Part shown: positions 13,733 through 27,820 of the stretch, one piece after another
How positions within the stretch are numbered: the first letter of the stretch is position 1
How the letters are laid out: the number at the start of each line of letters is the position of its first letter
Notes under the pieces: model-generated
Database searches by the model: none
Told to the model about the DNA's origin: nothing
Seen by the model: only the letters and a program-made list of their open reading frames with translations
Position numbers and translations under genes: made by a program
DNA from: Octopus sinensis
Taxonomy: Eukaryota
Assembly: GCF_006345805.1 (NCBI RefSeq)
Contig: NC_043008.1
Coordinates: 36,580,001 to 36,644,000 of the forward strand
DNA length: 64,000 nucleotides
Reading direction: 5' to 3'

Positions 13733-16199
13733 TATTGAAACTTGTAGCTTTCTTTAATCACAAACTTCTAATTTTGAGTTCAAATCCCACCTTGATTTAA
13801 TCTCAGCAGTTTTATTTATGTTTAATGATTGAGTTTTGTTTTATACTGGATGATTATAATGCATGGCAAGTATTCATTGTAAATTGTGTGTATTCTTTTT
13901 CTATCTCTGTACAGCTTCAACTTCTGTCTCTCAAATTTTCTTGTTAAGTTTCTATTTCTATTTCTATTTATGACATTCTTGCTCTCCCCACCTCCACAAT
14001 CATCCACCCAAGGAGAAATAATGATGTCCGCATTCATCCCAGTGTCGTTTGCTTTCTACGCACCAATCTAGCCATTTACATTTTCCCTGTCACTTTTAAC
14101 GTTCTCTTGTAAAAATTATTCAATTGGGGAACAAAGCAAAGGTCACAGTAAGAGATGTTTGTATGGACGTTTGACATCACCTTTGCGTCCCTGATACACG
14201 CAATCACACATGATGGAGGAGATCTTCCCAGATGCGTCGGCCCTTATAAGCCCTTAGGACTACAACACTATCCCAGAGATGTATGCTATTGTGCAAGTCG
14301 GGAGAAAATCAATTAGACTGGTGCTGCATGTCAGCAAGCTCGGTTGCTAAAGTACGAGAACAAGAATTATTCTGGATGAGTTCTGTCTGGCGGAAGACGA
14401 GACTCAGTAGAGGGAAGAAGAAGGTGGCTAATTCCAGAAACAGCAACGACATCAGAGCCAACGAGACTGCATGCAGATGTGCCACCGGTTAAACCTTCGG
14501 TGATAGAAAGAGGAGATAGAATCGCATAGTCATGAGCTCTACAAGCACCCGGGTTTAACGTGAAATAAAGAGCCAAGAAACTGAAGATTCTTCTTCCTCG
14601 GCGCTTAGCTTTTCAGCGGCAATGACCTGTAATGCTTTAATGTCGTGATAAGGAAATTAGGAAAACTGAGAGAAGTGACAAACTATTGGAAGCAACACAA
14701 AACAGCATGCAATTCGAGACCAAACATTAGTAAAACAGCGCGGTAAGAGGAACCCCAACTCATTCAAGGGCTTCAGGAGATTCACAGTTGCCCGCACCAC
14801 CAACGACTGCTTGATAATTTTGTTAAATAGACTTGAAGACAAAGATGGTATTCTACGTGACTAATTAGGAGATAGGGTTCGAGACACCTAGATGATGAAC
14901 AGATTATATAGCTATATAGACATTTTATGACCAGCTGCCAATGCTACGTGGAATGCTTTATATAATATCCATCGCAAAAGATGCTCAAGGGTATTTTCAG
15001 AAACGCCAGGCTGAAATATGTGGAAGAAATGATGCTAGGGGTCATGAGGTGTCTTGCTCTCCCTGGGGAGAATTTCTCACTTACGTTGGAGCGAGTCGCT
15101 CTTATTTGTTTATATATATATATATGAGACAGATAGACTGATAAATAGGTATACAGATTAGAAAAGAATACTCCACATGTCTCGTAGAGTTTAGCTAATT
15201 TGTAGCACTTCATAAATATTGAAAGTTTTGTTTTTAATGTACTTAATGTTAAAAGAAATTATTTTCGCCAGGACAATATCGTACGATATAACATAGGTGT
15301 CGCAGTCCTAGAATGGCAGCAATGTCCTCTAGAAACTCTGAACATCAAACGAGAACTAACTGGTTGTTCTGTTTCGGAGGATCTTTCGACCCGGAAAATA
15401 TGGATAATATCCCAAAATTCTAGGCCTGATAGTGCCACCAAGATACATTACTACACTGAGACAAACCTAACAGAACGGAATTACAGTCAACAGAACCTGT
15501 TCGTGATGAGTGCGATGCTACGGAAATCGAGTTGCATGCATTTGGTACTTCGCCATTGCTGATTCGCAGAGTTTTGTAGAAGAACTGAGGTCACGTTTAG
15601 GGTGATTCTGGTTCTTGACCGATTTCATCGTAAAGAGTGTCTGGTTACCTTCTTTTAATCGAAGGAAACAGAAGGCAGTTTTCTTGTTTGGTGTCTAAGG
15701 AGAAATAGGCTGTGTAGTGGTGAACACGAGAGACAGGATCAAAGACACACATCTTCTCCTTCAGTCGAGATTATATCAAACTTTTTATCACGTTTTTTCT
15801 GGAGAGAAAGGTCAGGATAGAGAGGAAGACCATACTTACTCCTATTCAGTAAATCTGTTGAAAATGAGTGAGAGTGGTGAACATAATCTGAGTAAATGGG
15901 GCTACGTTCAGCATGCGTCTGTAGAGCGGGATATAGCAGCGGGGCCTTAAGTAATTCTTGATTAGATAGAGGAATACAGGATCTGTGGGATCCACTGATT
16001 GGCCCTAGGTAACGGATCTACTCCTGGAACTTTGAGAAATGTTATAGCCAATGCACGCTTTCGCTTTATTCTTTTCTTCTCCTCAATCGATATCTATCTA
16101 AAAACTCCCACACTTTTTGCAACCTGACTATCTAATGTTTGTCGCCTGCATCAGTTGCCTTTGTGAAAAATAAATGAAATCCTTTTCTGTTTCGTTAGA

Positions 16200-16234
16200 A
16201 ATTATTACTATTATTATTATTATTATTATTAATA

Positions 16235-16268
<34 letters not shown>

Positions 16269-16279
16269 CATCATCATCA

Positions 16280-16317
<38 letters not shown>

Positions 16318-16330
16318 ATTATTATCATCT

Positions 16331-16389
<59 letters not shown>

Positions 16390-16712
16390 TGTTGTTGTTG
16401 TTGTCGCAGCGATAGTATTGCTGTTACTACCAATATCGATGCTGGAATCCACTTCTAAGACTGTGATAGCAAACACAACGAAATTAAATTCTTTATCATT
16501 ATGATCTCTTAATCATCATCATCATCATCAGCAGCATCAGCATCATCATCACCTCCGCCCCAACCACCACCACCACCGTCGCCGCCATTACCGTTGCCAC
16601 CGCCGCCACCACCATCTTCATATTCGTCGTCGTCGTCGTGATCGTTCTCCTCCTCCTCCTCCTCATCATCATCATTATCATCATCATCATCATCATCATC
16701 GTCGTCATTATC
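16200..16712. repeat. compound trinucleotide microsatellite (ATT/ATC/AGT/GTT/CAT/CAC)
   Basis: Direct reading. Similar tracts at 1800-2912, 17440-17580, 19100-19342, 22430-22510 and 33480-33575. Confidence 0.95.
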
Positions 16713-17190
16713 GTAAGCATTGCATTATATCACTTCGGAGATAATTTAGCGAACTGTGAACAAATATGTTTCGTGTTAGTTCCGACAAATCCAACAAAGG
16801 TATATTATGCGTTTGTGTTTACGAATATATACATACATATATATATGTGTGTGTTTGTGTGCGTTTGCATATATGTATTATATACACACACACACGCACG
16901 CATATACACACGTGTACACGCGCACACATATTAAATCAATATACCTCTCTCTCTACATATATGTATATACAAGTGCATGTGTGTATGCACGTACGTGTAT
17001 TTGTAGGTGTGTGAATGTATGTGAATATATGTGAATGCGCGTGCGCGTGTGCGTGTCTGTGTATATCTGTTTATGTATGTGTGTATAAACAGCGTGGAAT
17101 TAATGATCACCAGGAACGTAGAACGCAGTTCATATTTAAAATAGTACATATTTTTCACTTACATTTTTCTTCTTTACATTATTCTTTCAG

Positions 17191-17264
17191 AACTACTTCC
17201 GGTTATATATTCCGCTTAAACTAACGTTAATAATGCTGGATCAGTTTACATTAATCATATATCG
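17191..17264 (+). CDS. candidate exon NYFRLYIPLKLTLIMLDQFTLIIY(R)
   Basis: Very strong acceptor (CTTAC branch-like site, long pyrimidine tract, TTTCAG), GTTAGT donor, single open frame. Phase does not join directly to 11516-11630. Confidence 0.35.
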
Positions 17265-17482
17265 GTTAGTTAATATCTTCAACACACTGGCAGATGCCCA
17301 TTCTCCCCCTGCCTACTATTTACTGCCATACTTTACACACAAGCATTCGTTTCCCTTCCCCATATCAATAATAATTGTCTCTCAAATTTCTGACATATTG
17401 AACAATTCAATAGATTATAGATTTATGGGTAACACAATAAAAATAATAATAATAATGATAATAATGATAATAATAATAATAA

Positions 17483-17539
<57 letters not shown>

Positions 17540-18539
17540 TAATGATAATAATAATAACAACAACAATAATGATAATAAAGAAATCTATAAATAATATGAA
17601 GATAACAAAATGAAAGAATTTCATCACACATACAGGAAGTAGTTATTGAAAGAGATGAGGTTCTCTTATTAAGAATGTCAAAAATGAAAGAATCGTTTAG
17701 ATAGTTCGTGGGAGCAAATGTTTTGTTGCGGTGGAATAAATATAATTGACAATCTATTTTCTTTTGTTTCTCTTTTTTCCTCTTTCGTTTTAGAATTCTC
17801 AATTTTCTATTTTAATTTTTATTTTTTAAAGCATTATTTTGATTTTATTCTTAATCTATGTCGAGAAACTCGTTCGTTTTTTTTGAGTAGATTTATTTCA
17901 CCATCTGGAGTAGGATGTACTACTCGCTATACGTAGAGAACGTTGAGGTCAAACGAACTGCTGCCGTTATATGGAACTCCGTAACCTGAGTCAGAGCCTA
18001 GTAGGACAGTGGATTCATAATCATCTTTCTTTTGTGTGTGTAATGACGAACTTTCTGTAATTATCAGGTGCTATCTATTCCCGAAAACCAACCAAGCAAC
18101 GAATTGTTGTAAAGTAGAATAGAGACGTTCTGTTCAAAGAACATTGTATAATTATTGGAAATTGTTTTCTTAGCTTTGCGATAATTAAATCTTTCAAATC
18201 TTTTTGTACGTCTTTGCAATGAGACCGGGAAATCCCTTACAAGATCAACCACAGAACAAATACTCTCATTTGTCTCGGTTCAGTCAACTTTGCTATGACA
18301 TCAAGGCCCTGAACTGAACGCTTGCAGGATCTGATGGCTTCTGTGTACAATAGTCCACCACACTTTAAACTCTTCAAGCGTAAGCGTCCATTGCAAGCTA
18401 TCCGTCAACATCTGAATCCTTTCTTACCAAAATCGTTGAGCTAACGGGCAAACTTCTGTACGATTGCTTTACTTGATACGACAAGCAAAGCATTACCCGA
18501 ATTACATTCTGTCATATTTGAAAAATGAAAAGAAACATC

Positions 18540-19050
18540 GGATAATGTAGTCCTGGATACTCTGTGTTTAACATTAGGATGAGAGGGTATTTTTTGAAAA
18601 TGTGCACTTTTAGGTATTCCCCAAATTTACACCCGTTTGATGTGAAATGCTCCGCAAGTTCCGTGGAACCACTGTTATTGTGCCTGAGGTCGTACCTGTG
18701 TCCGTTAAATATTTTTTGTAATCGTTCTGTTGTGCAACCAATATAAATCATATTGCGTTTGGTGCATTTCACTGCATACAACAAATGGGAATCCTTACAG
18801 GTCCCTCCTTCTGTGGAAATCATAATATTTCTGCTATAATTCTTGATAGAATTGGTCTGACGCATGTTATTGCACAACGAACAGGGCTTACCTCTCTTAT
18901 GGGTGTTTTTGGGAGTGCAGCGTTAAGAAACTCCAATGGAATTTTTATTAGAAGTACTGGTCAATATTTCTCTAATATTTCTATTACGTCTAAAGGCTAC
19001 AATAGCCGGAAGAGGAAATATTTGTCGGAAATGAGGATATTTCTTTGAAA
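18540..19050 (-). mobile_element. Penelope-like element, GIY-YIG endonuclease fragment
   Basis: ORF 18512-18877: CxxCNNM...TCKDSHLLYAVKCTKRNMIYIGCTTERLQKIFNGHRYD...LAEHF...LKVHIF, then LNTEYPGL; GIY-YIG pattern of Penelope elements. Confidence 0.8.
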
Positions 19051-19099
19051 TGTGTTGCTGTCATGCAACACTTTTGAAATGCTAGCGAAATTTCGGTGC

Positions 19100-19134
<35 letters not shown>

Positions 19135-19274
19135 TATTATTATTATTATTATTATCATTATTATTATTATTATTAACAACAACAATAACAACAACAACAA
19201 CAACAACAGCAACAGCAACAGCAACAACAATAACAACAACGACGACGACGACGATGATGATGATGATGATGATG

Positions 19275-19342
<68 letters not shown>

Positions 19343-19343
<1 letters not shown>

Positions 19344-20400
19344 CATTCTCAGCATATGAAGCAGAAGTAATAGGAAGAGCTATAGCACAAGAATACGATG
19401 ATGACCAACAAGACAGTGAGGACGCTGTACCAATATATTAGAGAAAACCAGGATCAAGCACCCCGCAACCTGAGGTACATTGATCGACGCAAACTTAAAG
19501 TTGAAACCGAAAAGATAGATTCGGTTCTTGGACTATTCCAGACGAGAAATATAACTGGAACTGGCAAGATTATTTGGGCTGCAGCATTGGTTGCTGCAGA
19601 TAAAGTTGGATACAAAAGAAGAGAACAAACGTAATGAACCATTCTAGCGTAGACGAATTTGTGATAAACAAAGTTAAAAAGACATTTAGGACAAGTTGAA
19701 AGATTGAGAAGAGGGGAAATGCAGAACGAAATCATAAGAATAATACTGGAAAGAAGATAGAATAAGAAATAAAGGGTATGGTGTGAAGTTGGAAGAATTG
19801 AAATAAAGAGTAGTAGCAACCAAAGCAAAGCTGGAAAGATATGACAATAGAACAAAACAGTTCAGACAAAAAAAGAAAGAGTACATGCGATGAGTGAGAA
19901 AAATATTAGCTTCAAAGCTAAATGCCAGAAACATAATTTCGGCAATAAACTCGTGCGCAGTCGCAGTAGCTCGATATGGTGCTGGAATCCTGAAGTGGAC
20001 AGAGGAGGAACTAAAGGAAATGTACAGGAAGTCATGAAAGCTCCCAACGATGCATTCAGACACTGATCATCTTTACATGAAGGAAGGGGATTGATAAGTG
20101 TGGAAAATTGCGTGCGTATCGAACCCAAAAGCTTAATGAGATACATAGCCCAAAGTAAGGAAATCTTGCTAGTGACAGTTAGGAACGAGGGAGTATTGAA
20201 AGCAGAGAAAAATAGGAAAGACAAAGGAAGAAATGCAAAAAAGATATCAATTCCATGCAGCCGCAACAGAATTTGCTGGAAAAAATTGGTGGGATTGGCT
20301 GATGAAGGGAACACTAAAACAAGAGATCGAGAGCACTATACTGACAGCGCAAGTCCAAGCTTTGGTCACGAACTGGAGGGTCAACCTGACGAATGAGCCA
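19343..20400 (+). mobile_element. R4/Dong-like element with large internal deletion
   Basis: N-terminal motifs (NLRYIDRRKLKVETEKI, RVVATKAKLERYDNRTKQFRQ) are joined directly to post-RT motifs (VRKILASKLNARNIISAINSCAVAVARYGAGILKWTEEEL, GGLISVENCVRIE, KQEIESTILTAQVQAL). Starts right after (AAT)n. Confidence 0.8.
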
Positions 20401-20434
20401 GAATTTCCAATAAAACCTGTGATAATGAGAAAAA

Positions 20435-21016
20435 AAATTATTATAAGCCTTTCTACTAAAGACACAAGACCTGAAATTTGTGGGGAGGGGACTAGTCGAT
20501 TACATCAACTCCAATGCTTCGCTGGTATTTCATTTATCGACCCCGAAAGGATGAAAGCCAAAGTCGACCCCGGCAGAATTTGAACTCAGAACGTAAAGAC
20601 GAACGAAATATCGCAAAACATTTTGTCCGAAGTGCTAACGGCCTTATGGCTTCAAATATCGGCACACAGACAGCAGTTTTAATGGGCCGGTGGTGGTGTT
20701 TGGGAATTCGGTAACATCGATTCAAGTACTTGACTAATACCTTATTTTATCGATGCTGAAAGTATGAAAGGCAAATTTGACTTCGTTGGAATACTCTTTT
20801 ACTCTTTTACTCTTTTACTTGTTTCAGTCATTTGACTGTGGCCATGCTGGAGCACCGCCTTTAGTCGAGCAAATCGACCCCAGGACTTATTCCTTGTAAG
20901 CCTAATACTTATTCTATCGGTCTCTTTTGCCGAACCGCTAAGTTACGGCGACGTAAACACACCATCATCGGTTGTCAAGAGATGTTGGGAGGACAAACAC
21001 ACACACACACACACAC

Positions 21017-21085
<69 letters not shown>

Positions 21086-22430
21086 AATATATACGACGGG
21101 CTTCTTTCAGTTTCCGTCTACCAAATCCACTCACAAGGCTTTGGTTGGCCCGAGGCTATAGTAGAAGACACTTGCCCAAGGTGCCACGCAGTGGGACTGA
21201 ACCCAGAACCATGTGGTTGGGAAGCAAGCTACCTACCACACAGCCACTGAATGTAAACAAATAAAACAAAGATCTGCAAGAAATACTGCGAAGTATTTTC
21301 CGCAACGCTTTAATGATTCTATAAATTCAGAGAAGGCGAGGCAACTGGATGAAGGACCCCAGTGAGACAGAATTAAGAAAGTAAAACGTGGCAACAAATT
21401 CTGCAAGGTATTGTTTTCTAATCCTCTAACGATTCTGCTAATCCATCGCTGCTAAAGATTTCTTACATATACATCATTCTTCAAATTTTATGGAAGGGTG
21501 CAGTCGATTTTATCAGTCCCCAAAAGTTAACTGGTACTATATTTAATCGATCATAGAAGGTTGAAAATCAAAGTTGACCCTGAAAGGGTGAAAGGTAAAG
21601 TCGGCTATGGAAACATTTGAACTCGGAACGTAAACAGCTGCTAAGCATTTAGTTCCAGGCGGTAACGATTCTGCTAATTCGCCGCCTTCAGCGAGGTACT
21701 AATTACACCTTTCTGCTATAAGAACAAGGCCCAAAGTTTGAGGGATGAGGCGGGAGCTAGTCAACCACAACGACCCTATTTCTCAACCGAAATGCTAGTT
21801 ATTTTATCGACTCCGAAAGGCTGGAAGGAAATGTCGACTTCGGTGAGATTTGAACTCAGAACGTAAAGACGAACGAAACGCTGCTAAGCATTTTTATCTA
21901 CGTGTTTGAGACTTCGCCAGCTCGCCGCCATTGTAGTACTAATTAATGAACGGTTTATATAACATTATAAATGAACTTTTCATTACTCTTTGTGCCAGTG
22001 CGGTAAATAGATAGCAGTTTAATCTTCTCAAATTTCTGTTGTAAACAGGAACTGTTGATTCATCAGAAAATTGTATGAAATGGAACAATAAAAATAAAGA
22101 ACAAGTCTAAGTCTGTTATGCTATTTAATCTCAAATTATCGTTCATGAGTCATATAAATGAGGTGTTACTATCGTTTATTAACGCCATTTGATAGCGCTG
22201 TTAGCAAAATGATGATAATTTTCCTTTCTGCTATAGGCACAAGTCCAGAAATTTCGGGGGAGGGGACTAGTCGATTACATCGACCCTAGTGTTTCACTGG
22301 TACTTTATTCATCGACGCTGAAAGGATGAAAGGTAAAGTCAATCCCGGCGGGATTTGAACTCGGAACGTAGGGACGGGCGAAATACCTCTACGCATTTCT
22401 ACCGCCGTGTTACCGATTCTGCCAGCTCGG

Positions 22431-22461
<31 letters not shown>

Positions 22462-22600
22462 TATTATTATTATTATTATTATTATGTTGATGATGATGAT
22501 GATGATGATAAAATAATGGTTTCAAATTTTGGCACAATACCAGCAATGTCGGGGAATGGTCTAAGTAGTGGTTCTTATTTTATCGACCCGAAAGAATGAA
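20435..22600 (-). mobile_element. cluster of SINE family B copies and fragments
   Basis: Repeated GGATTTGAACTCAGAACG and CGACCCCGAAAGGATGAAAG motifs at about 20435-20645, 20700-20790, 21500-21690, 21730-21930, 22225-22410 and 22520-22600. Confidence 0.7.
20792..21248 (-). mobile_element. SINE family A
   Basis: Family match with a (TACTCTT)n tail. Confidence 0.88.
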
Positions 22601-23059
22601 CTTGATTTTTGTCTGAAGTCTTTATTCAATCAGAAATGCCTTGTATTCAATATTGAGTGCTACTTCAGCGTCTAGTCTACCGCAGTATCCGTAGTCCACG
22701 CTGTGAAATGACTCAATTTAGATTAGCGCTACGGTTAATGATTTAGAGCTAGAATTAAGATTAGGGTTTATGGGTTAGGGCTAGGGGTTAGGGTTAGAGT
22801 TAGACTGCACTCTAAAGTGTAAACAGACAGGTAGGCTGCACATTAAAGCATAAATGAACTGGTAGACCGTACGCTGAGGTGGCATCAAATACTGTTAGCT
22901 ACTGTGGCACGTTGAAACTGTAGATTTAATACTACTAATAAAACACGTATTTCAACTAAACTAATGTTTTGGATTAATATTTACATTTGTAGAATGAAAC
23001 ATATAGTGGTGACTTCAGATCTCACTTGGCAACCGGCTTTCATAACCGCCACTATTACT

Positions 23060-23330
23060 CCTTCACTATAGAAATTCTACACAGAAATCCAGAGACGAAG
23101 ATATACATAGTTGACTACAAGGAAACCTGTAACCATCCTGCATCTATGTTCAACACTTCCTCCTTCCCCCTTTCTCCTCAACCTCTCACTCCCTCCAACT
23201 TCTCACTGTCTTCCCTTCTCTCTCTCTTTCCTTACCTTCTCTCTCCTTCCTCCTCTCTCTTCAACTCTTCGAAGTCGATGAAATATGTACCAGAAAAACA
23301 CTAGGGCCGACCCAATCGAAATGCGCTCTT
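23060..23330 (+). mobile_element. possible Penelope-like 3' remnant
   Basis: SFTIEILHRNPETKIYIV...HPASMFN loosely resembles the GIY-YIG C-terminus and is followed by a pyrimidine-rich tail; weak. Confidence 0.3.
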
Positions 23331-23625
23331 CCTCGAAATTTCAGTAGAAAGAATTATAGTGAGTGGGTGTATAGTCCTTGGAAGCCTATAACTTTAATGA
23401 ACTCTTCTATTGTATGTGACAGGGTTAGCCCAATTCGGTCTACTAAACTTCTTTCATTAAGTTTGTGTCCACCCAAATCTATGGCTGAAGACACATTTCA
23501 AGGGATCTACAGTGGGATCAAATCCTAAACTTCATAATTGCGAAACAGACTTCATAACTATTGGGTCAAGCCAAAACATTGGCAATCCGTACGCATGTTC
23601 ACTCATGCAAACACACACACACACA

Positions 23626-23691
<66 letters not shown>

Positions 23692-23990
23692 ACTTTACAT
23701 GAAGGAGAAATCAACAACCGTATTTTATGATGTACGCACCCAAAGAAAGACTCGAAAATGTAGAAAAAAACTTATCCGAGGAAAATAGTAATGATAATTA
23801 CGAAGTACTCTAGTAAGAAAATAAGTTAAACGTCACCAAATAGAAGAAAATTAATTTTTGCTGAGGAAAATTAAGAGATTTTTCCATGTTATTTCACATC
23901 AGGTGTTTGTGTGTATACACAATCACGCACGCATACATGCAATCATACACACACGGACACACACGTAAACACACACACGCACGCATATAC

Positions 23991-24076
<86 letters not shown>

Positions 24077-24199
24077 CATACACACGTGCACACACGTATT
24101 TGTGTATGTATTCCCGTACCACACACGGTCTGATACTTTGCAAATATCAAGGGCAACAGTATTGTTTTCTCAAAGTCTCTCGAGAGCCAGAGCCCTAAG

Positions 24200-24700
24200 G
24201 TACGTATGATAGGTGATTGTCTCTTCCATGGATCTGATTTCACAAAAGCTGTACTGATGCCTGTTAAAGGCTCAATGTGTTGAAGAAGGTCGTTTATATT
24301 TTGAGATTGTATCAACTTTGGGGTATTAAAAGTGAATGGAATAGAAAAATATGTGGCAGGAATCAGTGGGTTGGGTTATTCGTTTTTAATAATGAGATAT
24401 ACTGTAGGGTGTTAGCAATGACAAAGATATATTTATTTATGTAAAGAGAGAAAGACTGAAGAAGTTGGTGAGTAGATGGGCAAAGTCTGAGGAGCATTGT
24501 TGGAGAATAATGGAACTAATATTATCAGCGTCGGTAGCTTTGCTGTTTTAAAGCAACCGGGGGGTGCTTTCGCTCTTCGCATTTAAGTATACATGCAGAA
24601 GAGACAAATGGAGTGGAAAGGGATAATTTTAGAGGAGGATTACTGAGTGTGTACAGCATAGAATTCACTGCGAAAATGAACAACAAATGTGGAGCTTTAT
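24200..24700 (-). mobile_element. decayed CR1/L2/Jockey-type LINE, reverse transcriptase N-terminal fragment
   Basis: Minus strand NSKATDADNISSIILQQCSSDFAHLLTNFFSL and RHQYSFCEIRSMEETITY resemble the KAxGPDxI...L and QxGF...RS motifs. Confidence 0.55.
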
Positions 24701-25139
24701 TTGTGGAAATATTATAAGCTGCTATGTTTTTACCTGGGAAAGTTAGTGTGCGGCTTGGAGAAAAGTGCGCCTAAGGTGTGTATTTTTTATGTTTCAGGAA
24801 GAAAATAATTTGTCCATGGAGATTGACTGATTCCGCTGATGTTTTCAGAGGAAAAGTCGGTCGGTGAACTACATGAAAGACTACGGCTATAGTACATTGG
24901 TGCCTGGAAGAAAACAAAGCATGTTTGTTTTGTTTTACTTTCATGTTTTGATAATGTAATTTTTAATCTAATAATGACTTTAATATTGACGAAATGCGTT
25001 TGTCGTTGAGTATAGCAAGATAAAATCATAATAATAATAATACATCTTATAATGGTAAAAAAAAGCACCAAAGAATTATAAAGAATTCATAATGTTCTTT
25101 GAAACCACTAGAAACATAGTTTATTCACATTTATTCGCT

Positions 25140-26591
25140 GTCTGAATCGCTGCTGAAACCCTCAAAATCTTCCTGTGTCTGAGTGGTACAGTTCTGCCAG
25201 CCCTTGTGTAGGGCGGATCGGATGTCGAAGTTGACAAGTGGATTGTCGTCTTCACTGTTGAAATCAAAAGCGGAGTCATCTGAAGGCAGTAGCTCAGCTT
25301 TCTTGAAACCGTTGACTACTCATGTCTTTGGTACAGGCTTTGCTGCTGTATTCGCTCATGATGCAACTTCTGGAAGTGATGCATGGTGGGGTCTTCCAGT
25401 TGCTGTGAATGATTTCCTGCCCCTGATGTCATTCAGGTCTCCCACTGCATTTTCATGTGCATCTTGAATGTACGGCTAACGCTGATGTTTAACAGCTGCA
25501 GTAACTTGGTCATTCCACCTGATATAATGGCTGGGGTGATGTTTATACGGTCTAGGGCGTCCTTCACGTCATCTGTCATATGGGCGCACAAGCCGTTCAT
25601 AATTAGAATTGCTTGCTCTGTGACGGTGAAAGAACCCATCCGGACGCTTGACGAAACACTCTGTTGCCTATGCTTTCATCATGTCGCTGTCCATCCAACC
25701 CTTTTTGTTTACTTAACGTTCACACCTTTTAGAAATTTGTCTTTTGGCACGGTCTTTCTTTTGAAGATCAGCATTGGTGGCAGAAGAATACCGGAGGCGG
25801 TGCATTAGTATACGCAGATAAAACTGGATTTCTCGTGGCCTGTCGTTTTAATGCTTATGGTTTGGGTACCAACTTTCTCTACAGTCTTATCCATTGGCAT
25901 GTCAAAGGTGAATGGGACCTCGTCCATATTGATAACTTGGTCAGGGCTGACTATGTGGTCTCTTATTTTGTCCTTGCAGTACTGTCTGAAGAGTTGAAGT
26001 TTTTCTTCAAAGTCTGCGGGCAGAGTCGGGCACACCGTTGTTCTGGCTCTCAGCAACAGCTGCTTTCTTCGCATGAACTGGAGACACCAGGATGGTCCAC
26101 CTTGGAAGTCGGTCAGCTCAAGGTCTTTGACTAAGGATACTGCTTTCAGTCTTATCTGTATTGCGCTTACACCTCGGTGTGAGGCTCTCTACTTAAGTAC
26201 CCAACTCTCAACCTGGTCTTCTAGGACTGGCCATCTGGCTTTCTTGCCACGATTTGCTTTTTTGGTCTTTTTGGTCAGTTGCAGTGAATCTTCTTGTTTG
26301 CGCCATGAACGGATTATAGATTCATTTATGCTGTACTCTCTTGCTGCGACTCTGTTACCATTTTATTTGGCGTTGTTGATGCATTCTAACTTGAAGGCAG
26401 CTGTGTAACTCTTTCTCAGGAGCATTTTGAAACTACATATATGTCAACAACAAAAAAGCTAGCTGCGGACCCTTAGCTCTATAGGTCCTTTAAACACCGG
26501 TGCGCTTTATGCGTGGATAAAACCAAAATTTTCCCCAAAATTCGTCCCTGCGGCTTAAATACTAATGCGTTTTTTAGACCGGAAAATATGG
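25140..26591 (-). mobile_element. pogo/Tigger-like DNA transposon with pseudogenised transposase
   Basis: ATG at 26425 (-): MLLRKSYTAAFKL...AAREYSINESIIRSWRKQ...KARWPVLE...FQGGPSWCLQFMRRKQL...NMDEVPFTFDM...TTGHEKSSF, ending ...EDFEGF; in-frame stops and frameshifts. Right terminus reads TA-CCATATTTTCCGG on the minus strand; left TIR not located. Confidence 0.88.
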
Positions 26592-27149
26592 TACTTATAT
26601 AAAGGCGTCATGGTTGAAAAACAAAAGAACAGAAGAGTTTTCAAAGTTTGTTGATTGCTTTTCGGTGAGAGACCTAAAGGATCAGATCTACAGTTTGAGA
26701 AGTGGGGTAGCTGGTAGATTGTGAAATAAACAGGGACAAACTTTGCTGCTCAGATGAAGTCCTTGCTGCAGTTGCGGAGTTGGGACAAAAACCAGTTGAT
26801 GGTCTTTCTACAATCTTTGCCTGAACAGCTTCTACAAAACTGTGAGTAAAGAAATAAAATGGGTTGGAAATGTGGGTTTTGGTTCTGTACGGTATATGGA
26901 AAGACATGTTTAAAAGAAAGCTTTTCAGTCGGTCGCTGACGTTTCTGATGAGTGGGAGGGCATGTAACGTTAGGGACAATTCGAACTAAAATGATGAAGC
27001 TCCGATCAGTCAATCCGTTCAGCAGATAAGTTCTGATCGTTTTATAATCACGTTTACGATTAATTGTACGTTTGATGGTTCTGAACATACAGAAGCCATC
27101 ACTTTATACAGGCACACGTACGTACGTATGTGTGTGTGTGTGTGTGTGT

Positions 27150-27205
<56 letters not shown>

Positions 27206-27486
27206 ACAATAGGTGCCTACTCCGGTGCACCTATTTACAGTTAGGTAAACAAGGCCATTTGATCAATACCTTCTCCGTAACCAACTTACACATTTGTGTG
27301 TTAATCTCTCTCTTTCTTTCTGTATGCATGTGTGTATACATACATGCGTGTATGCAAACATATATATATATGTGTGTATATGTGTAAGTGTGTATGTATG
27401 TATGTGTGTATGTATATATATATATTTTTTTTTTTATTTATTTATATATATATACACATACATACATACATACATACATACATACA

Positions 27487-27520
<34 letters not shown>

Positions 27521-27820
27521 CAAACTCACTCTCTCTCTCTCTCTCACACACACACAGCGCGCAGGGAGTACCATTAATGGAACATTATATTTGATAAGGA
27601 ATACATGAAGTGTGTGTGGAGGGAGGGGAACATCCCATTATTCTAATCACCGCGTGATTTTTTTTTGCTCCTCTGTCTTTCTTCCCCTCTCTCTCTCTCT
27701 CTCGCTCTGTCTATCTATCTTCTCTTTCTCGCATAACAAAATTCAATCGGTCTCACAAGAAAGTAAATGTGCTGAGATTTGAAACGCCAACGTTTCGATT
27801 ATTCTCGGAAAGACTACGTG

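Noticed and set aside
14100-16050. GC-richer unique-looking stretch with a TETNLTERNYSQ motif recalling Ty3/gypsy RNase H
   Set aside because: Too degenerate to classify by eye; no LTRs, PBS or RT motif found.
17900-18050. Minus-strand frame DDYESTVLLGSDSGYGVPYNGSSSFDLNVLYV* as a terminal exon
   Set aside because: Weak acceptor, no recognisable homology, and adjacent to a Penelope remnant.
22755-22805. Degenerate TTAGGG repeats as an interstitial telomere
   Set aside because: Short and degenerate; similar runs occur inside the transposon at 43213-43831, so a transposon origin is more likely.
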